Origin: an uncultured Holophaga sp.
GTDB taxonomy: Bacteria; Acidobacteriota; Holophagae; Holophagales; Holophagaceae
Length of the DNA stretch: 64,000 bases
Direction of reading: 5' to 3'
Assembly (NCBI GenBank): GCA_963664825.1
Contig: OY761614.1
Span: 896,001-960,000, forward strand
The translations under genes were made by a program, and so were the position numbers. Shown piece after piece: positions 51,394 through 60,865 of this stretch (position 1 is the first letter of the stretch; each line of letters starts with the position of its first letter). The notes beneath the pieces are model-generated. The model ran no database searches, had not been told where the DNA came from, and was given only the letters and a program-made list of their open reading frames with translations.

Positions 51394-51501
51394 AGAACGC
51401 GAAGAGCGCTAAGGAAGCGAAGGCCGCGAATGGGAGCTCGGGAAATGGGCAATGCCTCGGGTCCCTTCCATTGTCCCCGTTCTTCGCGGACTTCGCGTTC
51501 T
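51394..51501. repeat. REP/MITE-like palindromic element, copy 1
   Basis: Ends AGAACGCGAAG / CTTCGCGTTCT; left arm has four 9-mers of NNCGCGAAG type, right arm two. Confidence 0.75.
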
Positions 51502-51578
51502 CTCATGGCGAGCTACCGGGAGGGCACCTTTAGCGAATGACGTCACATCCCAGGTAGGGCTGGAGGGCCTTGGGCACC
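51482..51578. repeat. Exact 97-bp direct repeat, copy A, containing a duplicate of the serS 3' end
   Basis: Identical to 51756-51852 (offset 274); similarity extends 9 bp further with 2 mismatches. Confidence 0.95.
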
Positions 51579-51646
51579 TGGATGCTGATTTGAGCCTGTC
51601 CATCCTGGCCTTCATTCTTTTCAGCCGGGATGCAGGGAATGAAAGC

Positions 51647-51775
51647 AGAACGCGAAGAGCGCTAAGGCAGCGAAAGCCGCGAATGGAATTTCTGGGATAG
51701 GAGAATGGCTCAGCCCTGTTCCTGTTGGTCTTTATTTCTTCGCGCTCTTAGCGCCCTTCGCGGACTTCGCGTTCT
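51647..51775. repeat. REP/MITE-like palindromic element, copy 2
   Basis: Left arm 51647-51686 nearly identical to 51394-51433; right arm 51738-51775 has four inverted 9-mers; interior unrelated to copy 1. Confidence 0.8.
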
Positions 51776-51852
51776 CTCATGGCGAGCTACCGGGAGGGCA
51801 CCTTTAGCGAATGACGTCACATCCCAGGTAGGGCTGGAGGGCCTTGGGCACC
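51756..51852. repeat. Exact 97-bp direct repeat, copy B, overlapping the functional serS end
   Basis: Identical to 51482-51578. Confidence 0.95.
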
Positions 51853-53075
51853 CGAATGCTGCCATCGGGCTGCTGGTAGTTCTCCAGGATGGCCACCCAG
51901 GTGCGGCCCACGGCCAGGCCGCTGCCGTTGAGGGTGTGGAGGAGCTGGGGCTTGGCCTTGGGCTCGGTTCCCTTGAAGCGGATATTGGCGCGCCGGGCCT
52001 GAAAATCGCCGAACCAGCTGCAGGAGCTGATCTCCCGGTAGGTGTTCTGGCTGGGCAGCCACACTTCCAGGTCATAGGTCTTGCGGCTGGAGAAGCCCAT
52101 ATCGCCCGTGCAGAGCAGCATGCGGCGGTAGGGAAGCTCGAGCGCCTCCAGGATGGCTTCGGCGCATTCCGTCAGATGTTCCAGCTCGGCCTCGGCTTCA
52201 GAAGGGTTGGCGAAGGCCACCAGCTCCACCTTGTGGAACTGGTGCTGGCGGATGATGCCCTTGGTGTCCTTGCCGTAGCTCCCGGCCTCGCTGCGGAAAC
52301 AGGGGGTGAAGGCGCAGTGGCGCAGGGGCAGCTGATCGCCGGGGAGCACCTCGTCCCGGTAGAGGTTCGTCACGGGCACTTCGGCGGTGGGGATGAGGTA
52401 GAGCGCGTCCTCCCCGCGGTGGGTCTTGAAGAGCTCCGCCTCGAACTTGGGCAGTTGGCCCGTGGCGTACATGCTCTCGGGCAGCACCAGGTAGGGCGGC
52501 AGCACTTCCCCCCAGCCCGCTGCGGTCTGGCGATCCAGCATGAAGGAGATGAGGGAGCGCTCCAGCTTGGCCCCCAGGCCCTTGAGCACGGCGAAGCGCG
52601 ATCCGCTGATCTTGGCGGCCCGGTCCAGATCCAGGATGCCGAGCTGCGTGCCCAGTTCGATGTGATCCTTGGGCTTCTCGATGGAAGCGGGATTCCCCCA
52701 GCGCTTGGTCTCCTGATTGGCCCGCTCGTCGCGGCCCACGGGCACGCTGGGGTCCGGCAGATTGGGGATGGTGGCCAGGAAATCCTTGAAGGCGGCCTCG
52801 GCCTCGCGCTCCGCGGCCTCCAGGCAGGACAGTTTCTGTCCCACCTCCCGCTGAGCCTGGATGAGAGGCTCCGCATCCTGCTTGGCGCGTTTGAGCTTGG
52901 CCACTTCGTCGGAAACGCGGTTGCGCTCGGCCTTCAGCACTTCCGCTTCCTGGATCACGCGGCGCCGCTCGGTCTCCAGCCTCAGATAAGTCTCCCGATC
53001 GAAGGCATAGCCCCGGCTGGAGAGACCCTGGAGGGCGGCTTCGAGGTCTTGACGGAGGAGAGCGGGATCGAACAT
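51804..53075 (-). CDS. serS: Serine--tRNA ligase
   Basis: YLIPTAEVP, FRSEAG, RQHQFHKVE, YREISSCS, HTLNGSGLAVGR. Start set at MFDPALL. Confidence 0.98.
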   Translation of the reverse strand: MFDPALLRQDLEAALQGLSSRGYAFDRETYLRLETERRRVIQEAEVLKAERNRVSDEVAKLKRAKQDAEPLIQAQREVGQKLSCLEAAEREAEAAFKDFLATIPNLPDPSVPVGRDERANQETKRWGNPASIEKPKDHIELGTQLGILDLDRAAKISGSRFAVLKGLGAKLERSLISFMLDRQTAAGWGEVLPPYLVLPESMYATGQLPKFEAELFKTHRGEDALYLIPTAEVPVTNLYRDEVLPGDQLPLRHCAFTPCFRSEAGSYGKDTKGIIRQHQFHKVELVAFANPSEAEAELEHLTECAEAILEALELPYRRMLLCTGDMGFSSRKTYDLEVWLPSQNTYREISSCSWFGDFQARRANIRFKGTEPKAKPQLLHTLNGSGLAVGRTWVAILENYQQPDGSIRVPKALQPYLGCDVIR

Positions 53076-53302
53076 GGGAGCCTCTGAAACAATCAGTTTA
53101 CGGCAGAGGACGGAGGATTCGCGCCAACGCAAATGGAAACTGCACAGCATCTTGGGGCAGCCCCCTTGATCAGACCGATTCGTCCGCCCAGGACGCGCCA
53201 AAGGCCTCTCGTGAGAACGCCAACATTTGGCATATCCACGCTCACATCCCAGGTCATTACACACCCAAAAGTATCTAGATTTCCCCTAGGTACGAGCATT
53301 GA

Positions 53303-53875
53303 TCAATTATTGCGCCCAATTAAAAGATCAAAGGCGAAATTCACCCTCCCATATAGCGCAAGAACAACCTCATAGGGTTTATCAAGAGGGTTTGTTATCG
53401 CAATTCTACGGGACCGCAAGCTCTTCGGGGCTAGGTTGGCCCTCCGAATTGCCGAGGCTACCTCATCTGCCGTTGGCGTCTTGACGAACTGCATCCACAC
53501 TTTGTCGGTGGATTCACATTGCAGTTCGAGTTTCAGACATTCTTTCGGAGCAAGTTTGAAAACATAATAATTTGAGCCATTCGGGAGTTCTGACTGTAGA
53601 TCGGACATCCGATCATTCCCCTGCGGCGATATATTCATGTTACCGAGCAGCCCCGTGTTTCTCGCTGCCAATCCGCTGTTCTGAGAGGCCTGAAGGGCCG
53701 AAGTCAAACGAAGACCTTTTTCGTGAATGAGGCGAATGGCCCCATCCACAAAAACCAGCTGACGCCCCCCAGAGGGAGAGCCAGAACGAGAAGGTCCCAG
53801 TTCGCCCTGTCCAAAAAACGGTATATAGACTAATCCCAGAACAAAACAAGAAATGGGCATTTTGAAACAATTCAT
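53303..53875 (-). CDS. Hypothetical exported protein, paralog of 60105-60665
   Basis: Hydrophobic N-terminus; C-terminal ~90 aa align by eye with 60105-60665. Confidence 0.7.
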   Translation of the reverse strand: MNCFKMPISCFVLGLVYIPFFGQGELGPSRSGSPSGGRQLVFVDGAIRLIHEKGLRLTSALQASQNSGLAARNTGLLGNMNISPQGNDRMSDLQSELPNGSNYYVFKLAPKECLKLELQCESTDKVWMQFVKTPTADEVASAIRRANLAPKSLRSRRIAITNPLDKPYEVVLALYGRVNFAFDLLIGRNN

Positions 53876-53905
53876 ACAATCCCCATAGTAAAATCCCCTT
53901 CTATC

Positions 53906-53940
53906 AAAAAGAGAAGGGCCCCCACACTGCGGGGCCCCTT
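53906..53940 (-). terminator. Intrinsic terminator after receptor-barrel operon 1
   Basis: Minus strand GGGCCCC-loop-GGGGCCC followed by TTCTCTTTTT. Confidence 0.8.
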
Positions 53941-53959
53941 CCCTTTACTAAGATTAAGA

Positions 53960-54529
53960 TCAGAAGTGGAACTTGGCACCTACCTGGAGCCAGGAAGGAT
54001 TATAGTTCTGGCTGGCGTTTCCGTTAACACCCATCTCCACGACCTGCAGCATGGCATGGGCGGAAAAACTCTTGTTAATGGCGTATTCGAGTCCAATACG
54101 GCCACCGATCTTCATACCCTTGACGGTCTCCGTGGTCGTGACTGTGGGGGCTGTTGTTTTCATCCGCCATTTGTTCACAGAGACGCCGGTCACGATGCTA
54201 AGGCCTTTATACCCTGTGTTGATGAACAGGTCTCCGGCCAATTGGTAATCATCGAGACGCACCTTGTTCCCATCCGAATTGGGATCACCGGCGGGAAAGA
54301 TATTCGCCCCTAGGCTCACCCGAAAGGGAACCGCGGAATCCATAACATGGCCATTATAGCCGAAATCCACACAGGCACCCGCCACGCTGCTGTGGTTGGT
54401 GATGTTCTGCAGGGTATTCAGCGACCAGGGAAGCGCGATTCCCACATCGAAGGTCTTGACATCCTGGGCGGACAGCCCTCCCGAAAGGAGTGTCGCCAAC
54501 CCGATCATCATCAGTTTACTTTTTTTCAT
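53960..54529 (-). CDS. Small outer-membrane beta-barrel protein
   Basis: Signal peptide (LSA|QD), alternating strands, C-terminal beta-signal LQVGAKFHF. Confidence 0.85.
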   Translation of the reverse strand: MKKSKLMMIGLATLLSGGLSAQDVKTFDVGIALPWSLNTLQNITNHSSVAGACVDFGYNGHVMDSAVPFRVSLGANIFPAGDPNSDGNKVRLDDYQLAGDLFINTGYKGLSIVTGVSVNKWRMKTTAPTVTTTETVKGMKIGGRIGLEYAINKSFSAHAMLQVVEMGVNGNASQNYNPSWLQVGAKFHF

Positions 54530-54547
54530 ATTATCTCCCGGATTGGC

Positions 54548-57500
54548 TTAGAACTTGAGGCCCAGGCTCGTGCCCACCGAACGCCCGTAATTCCAAAAAT
54601 TAGCGATCTTATTATCCGCAGTCATTTGGCTTGGGTTCAGCATCATGTTAAGGTTCCCGGAACCATTGGCTGCCGTCGTAATGTTATAGGTCCCCTGCAG
54701 CTGGGTATTGAAGAGGTTGTTTACAGATACATCCCCTATCAGCTGGAGACGCTTGAAGCCCAAGGGAATCATCCAGTTGAGTTTGAAGTCCACCTGGTAG
54801 GTGTCGTTATAGGTGTAGGCACCGCGATCGCTGTAGAACTGCGCATAGGTGGTGGGATAGGCGGGAATCCCGACACCCTGATACTTTCCACCCGCGTAGG
54901 GGGCCCCAGTGGCCGTAAGGTTAGCCAAACCCGTATTCTTGTAATCAGTCAGGGACCAATTGTTGCCACTGTCATAGCGCAGTAGCCAACTGAAGGAGAC
55001 CTGACCCTTGCCTACGGGCACGACAGCCGTGGCCGCAACCCGGGCCCTGTGGGTCTGATCCATAAGCAGAGGGCCCGTGGGGGCGAAATCGTTGGTCGAA
55101 AGCCCTAACCCGGTATAAGTCCCATTGGTTCCGGTGAGCCATGCGCTGTTGCCGTAATACCCGGGTACACCGTTATCACGGAAGGAAGAGGTGCTATCCC
55201 CACCATTGTTATTGCCGATCAGTCGGCTATATGTGTAGTTGCCGGAGATCGTCCAAATCGAGTTCACACGCTTCAGCCATTCCATCTCCAGCGCATGGTA
55301 GCGCCGGGTCAGATCGTCCGAATTGAAGACGTAGGTCTTCTGGACCCAGGCTGGATTGAGATGCGTCACGGGATTGGCAATCTGGATCCAGTTCGCAGGA
55401 TCGTAGTCCTGCTTGAAGGCCCAGTTGGCCTTGTAATCGCGGTTCACATAGGTAAGACGCACGAAGGAACCATCGTTGAAATTGCGGCGATAGGTCAGGG
55501 TGAGCTCATCCACATGGGGGGCCTTGAGCTTGCCCTGCATCACATAGGATTTCGACGCATCACCATAGGAAAAGGCGTTATTGACACCTGCCACCGCCTG
55601 CCCATAGTTGGCGGGGTCTGTCAGCTGGGCATAGGTAAGCCAGCGGAGACCAAGGGCGGGGTCCGTAGCCGTGCCGGGAGCCGGCTGACCGGCAATGCCG
55701 CTAAAGCCGTACTGGACGTAGGAGCTATCAGCCTTCTTGATGAAGGCATCCGTGAAGCCCGTGTAGAAATCGCCACCATAGCGGGCCGCCGTCGCCGTCA
55801 GAATATGTTTGTTATCGCCGAAGGCATCAAAGACAACTTGAAGACGAGGTGAGAAATCTGAGCTGGTAGTGAGGGTCGCACCATCCGTATCCTGGATCGA
55901 CATGTGATCCCAGCGGAGGCCCATCATTACATTCCAGTTCTTATTTATGGTCCATTGATCGTTGGCATAGCCACTGGTGGTGGTGTTCTTGGTGATGCCG
56001 TCATGGCCCGCATACTGGATCATCATAGGGGCAAGGCCCGAGTTTCCAGATCCGCTCTGCCCGTTGATGCCCTTACCCATCCAGATGATGGAAGGAAAGA
56101 GATAATCGTCCGTGGTGGGATTGTAGACAGCGCCGCCGGCCCTGAAGGTTGCATTCCCAGGTCCCTGTTCGCGGGAAGTGCCGCGATCCGACTGGTAGTA
56201 TTCCATGCCGAGATCAATCTCATGGCTACCCGCCAATTCTCGGTACATCTTCAGATTGGCACTGGCATTGGTGTGGTTGCGGGTATCAGGCGTGGTGGAG
56301 ATGCCGAAACCAAAGGGATATCCTACATTCGTCCAATTGTGATTGGCCGTGTTATAGGGAGTCTGATCTGTATCCATCCAGATGCTGACCTGCTTGTTCC
56401 GAGTCGGGTCCCCAGTCGGGAAGGTCGTGGTGGATTCGAAACGGGCGTACTTCGCATCAAGGAAGGTGGTGCTGCTGAGGATGCCCCTGTAGTTGGCAGA
56501 CCAAGAAGTCTTCTTCGACTCCTGGGTGCCCAGCATGGCAAGGCGGCGAACGGTGTAGTTGAATCCGCTCGTTGAGTCCCCATAGGGATCCCGATTATTG
56601 GTCGTCACCTTGTCGGAGGACATGGAAAATTCGAGCGTATGATCCTGCGTGATAGCGCCTGTGAGCTTACCTTCGTAGTAGGACTCGTCCTGAGTCTTGT
56701 TGTAGAACTTATTTTCATCAAACAGCGTGAGCGCATACCCGCTGGGTGGCGTCTGGAGCTGGCTGTCGATTCCAGCGATACCCGAGCGCTCGATCCACTT
56801 GGCGCTGGGTCCGGCAGTCCCAAGGCTATACACATTCGAATTCTTGGGAGACAAGTTCGTGCCAAGGGAGAACCAGAGCCGGTCCTTGACGATTGGACCC
56901 GAGAGCGTGACCTGGAATTCCCGATTGAGGGTATCGTTAGTCTCGTTGACTGCGCCCTGGGTGCCACGTCCAGCCGCACCCCAGGAGGGGCGACTCAGAG
57001 TGGAGCGGATGGAACCCGCGAAGTCATTGCCGCCGCTCTTAGTCACCACGTTAACCTGGCCACCGAGAGCCCGACCATTGCGGGCATTCAGGGGGGAGGT
57101 AATAACCTGGATGTCCTCGATGTTGTCTTCAATGACCACACGGCCTACCTGGGCACCCTGGTAGTCATCCTTGACATCCACGCCGTTGACCCGATACAGC
57201 GTGTCCTGGGTGGACCCGCCACGCACCGTGAACTGGCCGTTGGCACCAGTGGCGACACCCGGGGCCATGTCGGCGGCACCCGTAAAGCTGCGATCGATAC
57301 CGGGAAGGACCGCCATCTGTTCGGCAGAGAAGTTCGTCGCCGTCTTGGTATCGCTCTTATCCTGGATTTCAGAATTGGCAACAACTTCCACGGTCGCCGT
57401 GGCCGTTGTCACGGCCTTCAAGATCAGATCCTGGCGTCCAGCACTACCGAGGCCCACGCGAACGTTATCAACGCCTGCGGAGATGAAACCGGTCCGGTTA

Positions 57501-57751
57501 GCCACAATCCTGTAGTTCCCGACGGGAAGCATCGCAACCCGCCACTCGCCTTTCGCCCCTGTCGTCAGGGTGCGGGGAGCGAAAAGCGCAGGAGAGCTGA
57601 GGATGACCTGAACACCCGCAAGAGGGGCGCCATTGGCATCCTTGACAGCGCCAGTCAGAGTGCCGGTCGAAACCTGAGCGAAAAGCGCGGAGCCCGCAGC
57701 GAGAGTCATCGCCACGCTGCCAAACCGCGTCATGCCCGTGCAAAATTTCAT
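54548..57751 (-). CDS. Oar-like TonB-dependent receptor with N-terminal carboxypeptidase-regulatory-like domain
   Basis: Signal peptide, GAVKDANGAPLAGV, plug (VRGG..YRVNGVD, VNVVTKSGGN), SGPIVKDRLWF, VNNLFN, terminal LGLKF. Confidence 0.92.
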   Translation of the reverse strand: MKFCTGMTRFGSVAMTLAAGSALFAQVSTGTLTGAVKDANGAPLAGVQVILSSPALFAPRTLTTGAKGEWRVAMLPVGNYRIVANRTGFISAGVDNVRVGLGSAGRQDLILKAVTTATATVEVVANSEIQDKSDTKTATNFSAEQMAVLPGIDRSFTGAADMAPGVATGANGQFTVRGGSTQDTLYRVNGVDVKDDYQGAQVGRVVIEDNIEDIQVITSPLNARNGRALGGQVNVVTKSGGNDFAGSIRSTLSRPSWGAAGRGTQGAVNETNDTLNREFQVTLSGPIVKDRLWFSLGTNLSPKNSNVYSLGTAGPSAKWIERSGIAGIDSQLQTPPSGYALTLFDENKFYNKTQDESYYEGKLTGAITQDHTLEFSMSSDKVTTNNRDPYGDSTSGFNYTVRRLAMLGTQESKKTSWSANYRGILSSTTFLDAKYARFESTTTFPTGDPTRNKQVSIWMDTDQTPYNTANHNWTNVGYPFGFGISTTPDTRNHTNASANLKMYRELAGSHEIDLGMEYYQSDRGTSREQGPGNATFRAGGAVYNPTTDDYLFPSIIWMGKGINGQSGSGNSGLAPMMIQYAGHDGITKNTTTSGYANDQWTINKNWNVMMGLRWDHMSIQDTDGATLTTSSDFSPRLQVVFDAFGDNKHILTATAARYGGDFYTGFTDAFIKKADSSYVQYGFSGIAGQPAPGTATDPALGLRWLTYAQLTDPANYGQAVAGVNNAFSYGDASKSYVMQGKLKAPHVDELTLTYRRNFNDGSFVRLTYVNRDYKANWAFKQDYDPANWIQIANPVTHLNPAWVQKTYVFNSDDLTRRYHALEMEWLKRVNSIWTISGNYTYSRLIGNNNGGDSTSSFRDNGVPGYYGNSAWLTGTNGTYTGLGLSTNDFAPTGPLLMDQTHRARVAATAVVPVGKGQVSFSWLLRYDSGNNWSLTDYKNTGLANLTATGAPYAGGKYQGVGIPAYPTTYAQFYSDRGAYTYNDTYQVDFKLNWMIPLGFKRLQLIGDVSVNNLFNTQLQGTYNITTAANGSGNLNMMLNPSQMTADNKIANFWNYGRSVGTSLGLKF

Positions 57752-57783
57752 ATTTTCCTCCAGTTACCAATAATTTCGGTGGC

Positions 57784-58566
57784 TCAGAAGTGGAAAGCGT
57801 ACGCGACCTCGAGGTGGAGACGGTTCCGGCTCTTTTCCGTAAGGTAATCCAGAGAGACATTGTTCCCATATTGGCTAATAGACGTGTCTGCCGGAACCGT
57901 GCCCGCAACGTGGATATAGTTGATGGATTTGTAGCTCACGGAGATGAGGTTCAGCTCAAGGGATGAGTTCTTATCGATCAGATAGGAAACCCCCACAAAG
58001 GGACTGATCGCCAGTGTCGACTTCTTGGGTGTACCATAATAGGTATCCAAGAAATCTACACTTCCATCGGGGATGCTGGCATAGCCACCGTAGGTCTGTC
58101 CGAGGACCTCGTGGGTGAACTTGGCCCCACCCACCTGGACACCAATCTGTGCAGAGAAAGGTGAGCCCAGAATGGGCATCGTCTCGAAGGCAAAGCGTCC
58201 GGTGACGCCTTCCAACTTATTCTTGCGACTATCTACGGAGCCAAAACGGGACTCTGTACCCGTCGGAGCCTGAATGACGACATCGGAGGAGACAGGGACC
58301 ACACTGCTCATGTCATTCATATACTGGTTGCCTGGTTTGTACTGGTACCCAAGCTCAGCCGAGATGCGTCCGAAGCTGAAGGTATACCCAAGATCCACAC
58401 CAAATCCAAAGATCCGATTGGCGAGGTGGTCGGGGTTGGAGCTCAATTCAAGGCCCGTCCGCACTTTCAGCCGGGAATCCAGGCCAGTGTCCTGAGCTGA
58501 AGCAACGCCGACACCCAAGGCAAGGGCCAACGCGATACGACCCCAGTTGTTGAACGTAAATTTCAT
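57784..58566 (-). CDS. Outer-membrane beta-barrel protein
   Basis: Signal peptide (ASA|QD), amphipathic strands, terminal LEVAYAFHF. Confidence 0.8.
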   Translation of the reverse strand: MKFTFNNWGRIALALALGVGVASAQDTGLDSRLKVRTGLELSSNPDHLANRIFGFGVDLGYTFSFGRISAELGYQYKPGNQYMNDMSSVVPVSSDVVIQAPTGTESRFGSVDSRKNKLEGVTGRFAFETMPILGSPFSAQIGVQVGGAKFTHEVLGQTYGGYASIPDGSVDFLDTYYGTPKKSTLAISPFVGVSYLIDKNSSLELNLISVSYKSINYIHVAGTVPADTSISQYGNNVSLDYLTEKSRNRLHLEVAYAFHF

Positions 58567-58959
58567 AGGGAGTCTCCCAAAGGAAAACCAAAAAGTTCAA
58601 CCGGAATGGCGGAACCTTGGTCGGTTGAAACGCATGTGCTCAGGCAGAAGAGGAGGTGGAGGTGCTCGACACAAAACAGGCAGCACGACTTGAGGTAGCT
58701 AGCATGATTTAGATTTATGATCGAAGTCCCAACCAGGGTCAAGACATTTTTGTGACCGTTTTTTGTCGACGTTACAGCCCCTAGGCAGGGATGGATACTC
58801 CCCCTTGCCCTTTCAGGCCAGATCCGACGCAGGATCCTATTCCAGATTATACCCAAAACCATCCTCAGGCCCCAGGGATGGCAGCATTAAGTATCCAAAA
58901 CAGAATCACATGCGGGGTCCTGCCCGACGAGCCCCTGTTGCTTTGCTAGATCATTTCAA

Positions 58960-59949
58960 TCAGGTGGACATGGGTTCGCCAGCCCATGATGTGTCGAAAG
59001 CAGCCCTAATTCGGGAGGAATCCCAGCCCATGCCCAGGACCAGTCCCAGCTTGGCCAGGGCCGCCCACCGCGTATGCAGGCCTCCCCCGATGGCACCCTC
59101 GCCAGCGGCCTGGGCTCCCAGTTCGTAGGTCTCCAGATCCACGCCACCCCAGAGGCACTGGGTAGTGACCACCATGGGCAGCTCCCGCTCCCGGCCGAAA
59201 CGGAACAGCGCCTGGAGATCCGGCCGCCCCATGGGCAGATTGCCCGCCCCATAGGCCTCGATCAACACGCCCCGGGTGCCCTCGGCAGGCAGGGGCCAGG
59301 TCATGCCCGGAAAGGGCGTATAGACGGCCAGCTCCGAGGCGAAGGCGGTTCCCAGCCCCGGGGGGGTCCGCGGGGTGAAGGCCCCCGCATGGGCATGGAA
59401 GCGCACATGGAGGCCCAGCTCCGCCAAGGGGGGCAGATTGGGCGAATCGAAGGCCCCGTAGCGGTCCACGCTCAGCTTATCGGAGGCCACGCCGCGGTAC
59501 CAGTGATCCCCGAAGCAGATGCCGATTTCCGCGACGCCCTTGGTGGCCAGCGTCACGGCGTCCACCAGATTGCTGCGGGCATCGCTGCGCACATAGGCCA
59601 GGGGCCGCTGGGAGCCCGTGAGCACCACGGGCTTGCCCAGATCGGCCAGCAGGAAACCCAGCATGGAAGCCGTAAAAGCCATGGTGTCCGTGCCGTGGAC
59701 CAGCACCACCCCATCGCATTCCTTGGATTCCGCGCGAATGAGGCGGGCCAACTGGAGGATATCCCCGGGCTCGTTGATGGAGGAATCCTGGTTGAAGGCC
59801 ACCACCAGCTTCAGATCGGCCAATTGCCGCAGTTCCGGCACCTGTTCCAGGATCAGTTCGAGGGAGGGCCCGGGGGCCAGCGAAGAGGGCTCTCCCGAGG
59901 GCGCCATGCCCAGGGTGCCGCCGGTATGGAGGAGAAGAATGGTCGACAT
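58960..59949 (-). CDS. ansA: Cytoplasmic type I L-asparaginase
   Basis: HTGGTL, HGTDTM, VLTGSQRP, FDSPN, YGAGN; no signal peptide. Confidence 0.9.
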   Translation of the reverse strand: MSTILLLHTGGTLGMAPSGEPSSLAPGPSLELILEQVPELRQLADLKLVVAFNQDSSINEPGDILQLARLIRAESKECDGVVLVHGTDTMAFTASMLGFLLADLGKPVVLTGSQRPLAYVRSDARSNLVDAVTLATKGVAEIGICFGDHWYRGVASDKLSVDRYGAFDSPNLPPLAELGLHVRFHAHAGAFTPRTPPGLGTAFASELAVYTPFPGMTWPLPAEGTRGVLIEAYGAGNLPMGRPDLQALFRFGRERELPMVVTTQCLWGGVDLETYELGAQAAGEGAIGGGLHTRWAALAKLGLVLGMGWDSSRIRAAFDTSWAGEPMST

Positions 59950-60104
59950 ACATCCATTCTAGCTCTCCATAAAGCCCATGGCGAATCTGCCCCATTCATT
60001 GGGCCAGGAGTGAAGGATGTAATTGGTCTCAAACGAATCGGAATAGTTTATTGCACCCTCCGGGCTTTCCAAGGCAATCAACTCCGCGACCGCGAGTCCA
60101 CTAA

Positions 60105-60665
60105 CTATTTGGTTGTCTTGTGCCTTTCAATCTTGAGTGCATACGGGTAACCGACCTCTCCATAGAGCAGGAGAATCATGTGGAAGGGTTCGGATAGCAC
60201 GTTTTCAAGCTCAACCCGATGGGCACGAAGAGGACGAGGCGCTCTGTTAACCCGCTGGATCATGGATGTCATGGCGTTGGGCTGCAGGGGTTCCACGAAC
60301 CGCATCAACACCTTTCCCGGATTGTCTCCTGATTTTGTGATCAGCACCCTTTCTCCAGGCTGAAGGAGGAAGCCGTAGAGCGCAGTTCCATTTGGCTGCT
60401 CAGTTTTGTCCGCTTTTTCCTGAAGAAGCCCTCCTAAGTCAGTCCCACGATTTGCGAAACCCTGGGATACGGATAGCGCTCCCCCGCTGGCGCTTGAGGC
60501 CACCGCATTGTTGTGGAGGAGTGAGCGTTCACGAATGACCGTCACCGTCTCTTCAACCGGCGTCACCTCCATGGCGGCATTCTTCGGTTCACCTGCCAAG
60601 AGGCCAATACCCGCCAAGATGATGAGGCCCCAGACATTGGGCTGCCAGAGCCGACTCGCATGCAT
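60105..60665 (-). CDS. Hypothetical exported protein, paralog of 53303-53875
   Basis: Signal-like N-terminus; shared C-terminal domain. Confidence 0.7.
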   Translation of the reverse strand: MHASRLWQPNVWGLIILAGIGLLAGEPKNAAMEVTPVEETVTVIRERSLLHNNAVASSASGGALSVSQGFANRGTDLGGLLQEKADKTEQPNGTALYGFLLQPGERVLITKSGDNPGKVLMRFVEPLQPNAMTSMIQRVNRAPRPLRAHRVELENVLSEPFHMILLLYGEVGYPYALKIERHKTTK

Positions 60666-60821
60666 AAATGCTCCACCACAAGTGACGACCCAAAGAATAT
60701 CACATCACACAAATAAATAATACATTCACTCAGATATCAAAAAAATATGCGCCATAAACCTTGCCGGCTCCACACGCAAGGCATAGATGAAAATAATCCC
60801 CATAATCCAAGCCAGAAGCCC

Positions 60822-60847
60822 AAAAAGGGGCCTCCGAAGAGGCCCCT
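60822..60847 (-). terminator. Intrinsic terminator after receptor-barrel operon 2
   Basis: Minus strand AGGGGCCTC-TTCG-GAGGCCCCT followed by TTTT. Confidence 0.85.
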
Positions 60848-60865
60848 CTCAGCGCTAGCGCTGGA

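Noticed and set aside
51394..51852. CRISPR array interpretation of the repeats
   Set aside because: Only two units, with inverted arms and irregular spacing; no cas genes or leader.
51482..51861. Diversity-generating retroelement TR/VR pair
   Set aside because: Copies are identical over 97 bp, the two edge mismatches are not both adenine-specific on one template strand, and no reverse transcriptase is in the window.
53076..53302. tRNA gene or T-box leader upstream of serS
   Set aside because: No cloverleaf or T-box motif seen, and a candidate -10 (TAAACT, 53100-53095) lies close to the start.
58563..58862. 99-aa minus-strand ORF in the receptor operon leader
   Set aside because: No motif or clear RBS; composition looks like non-coding promoter DNA.
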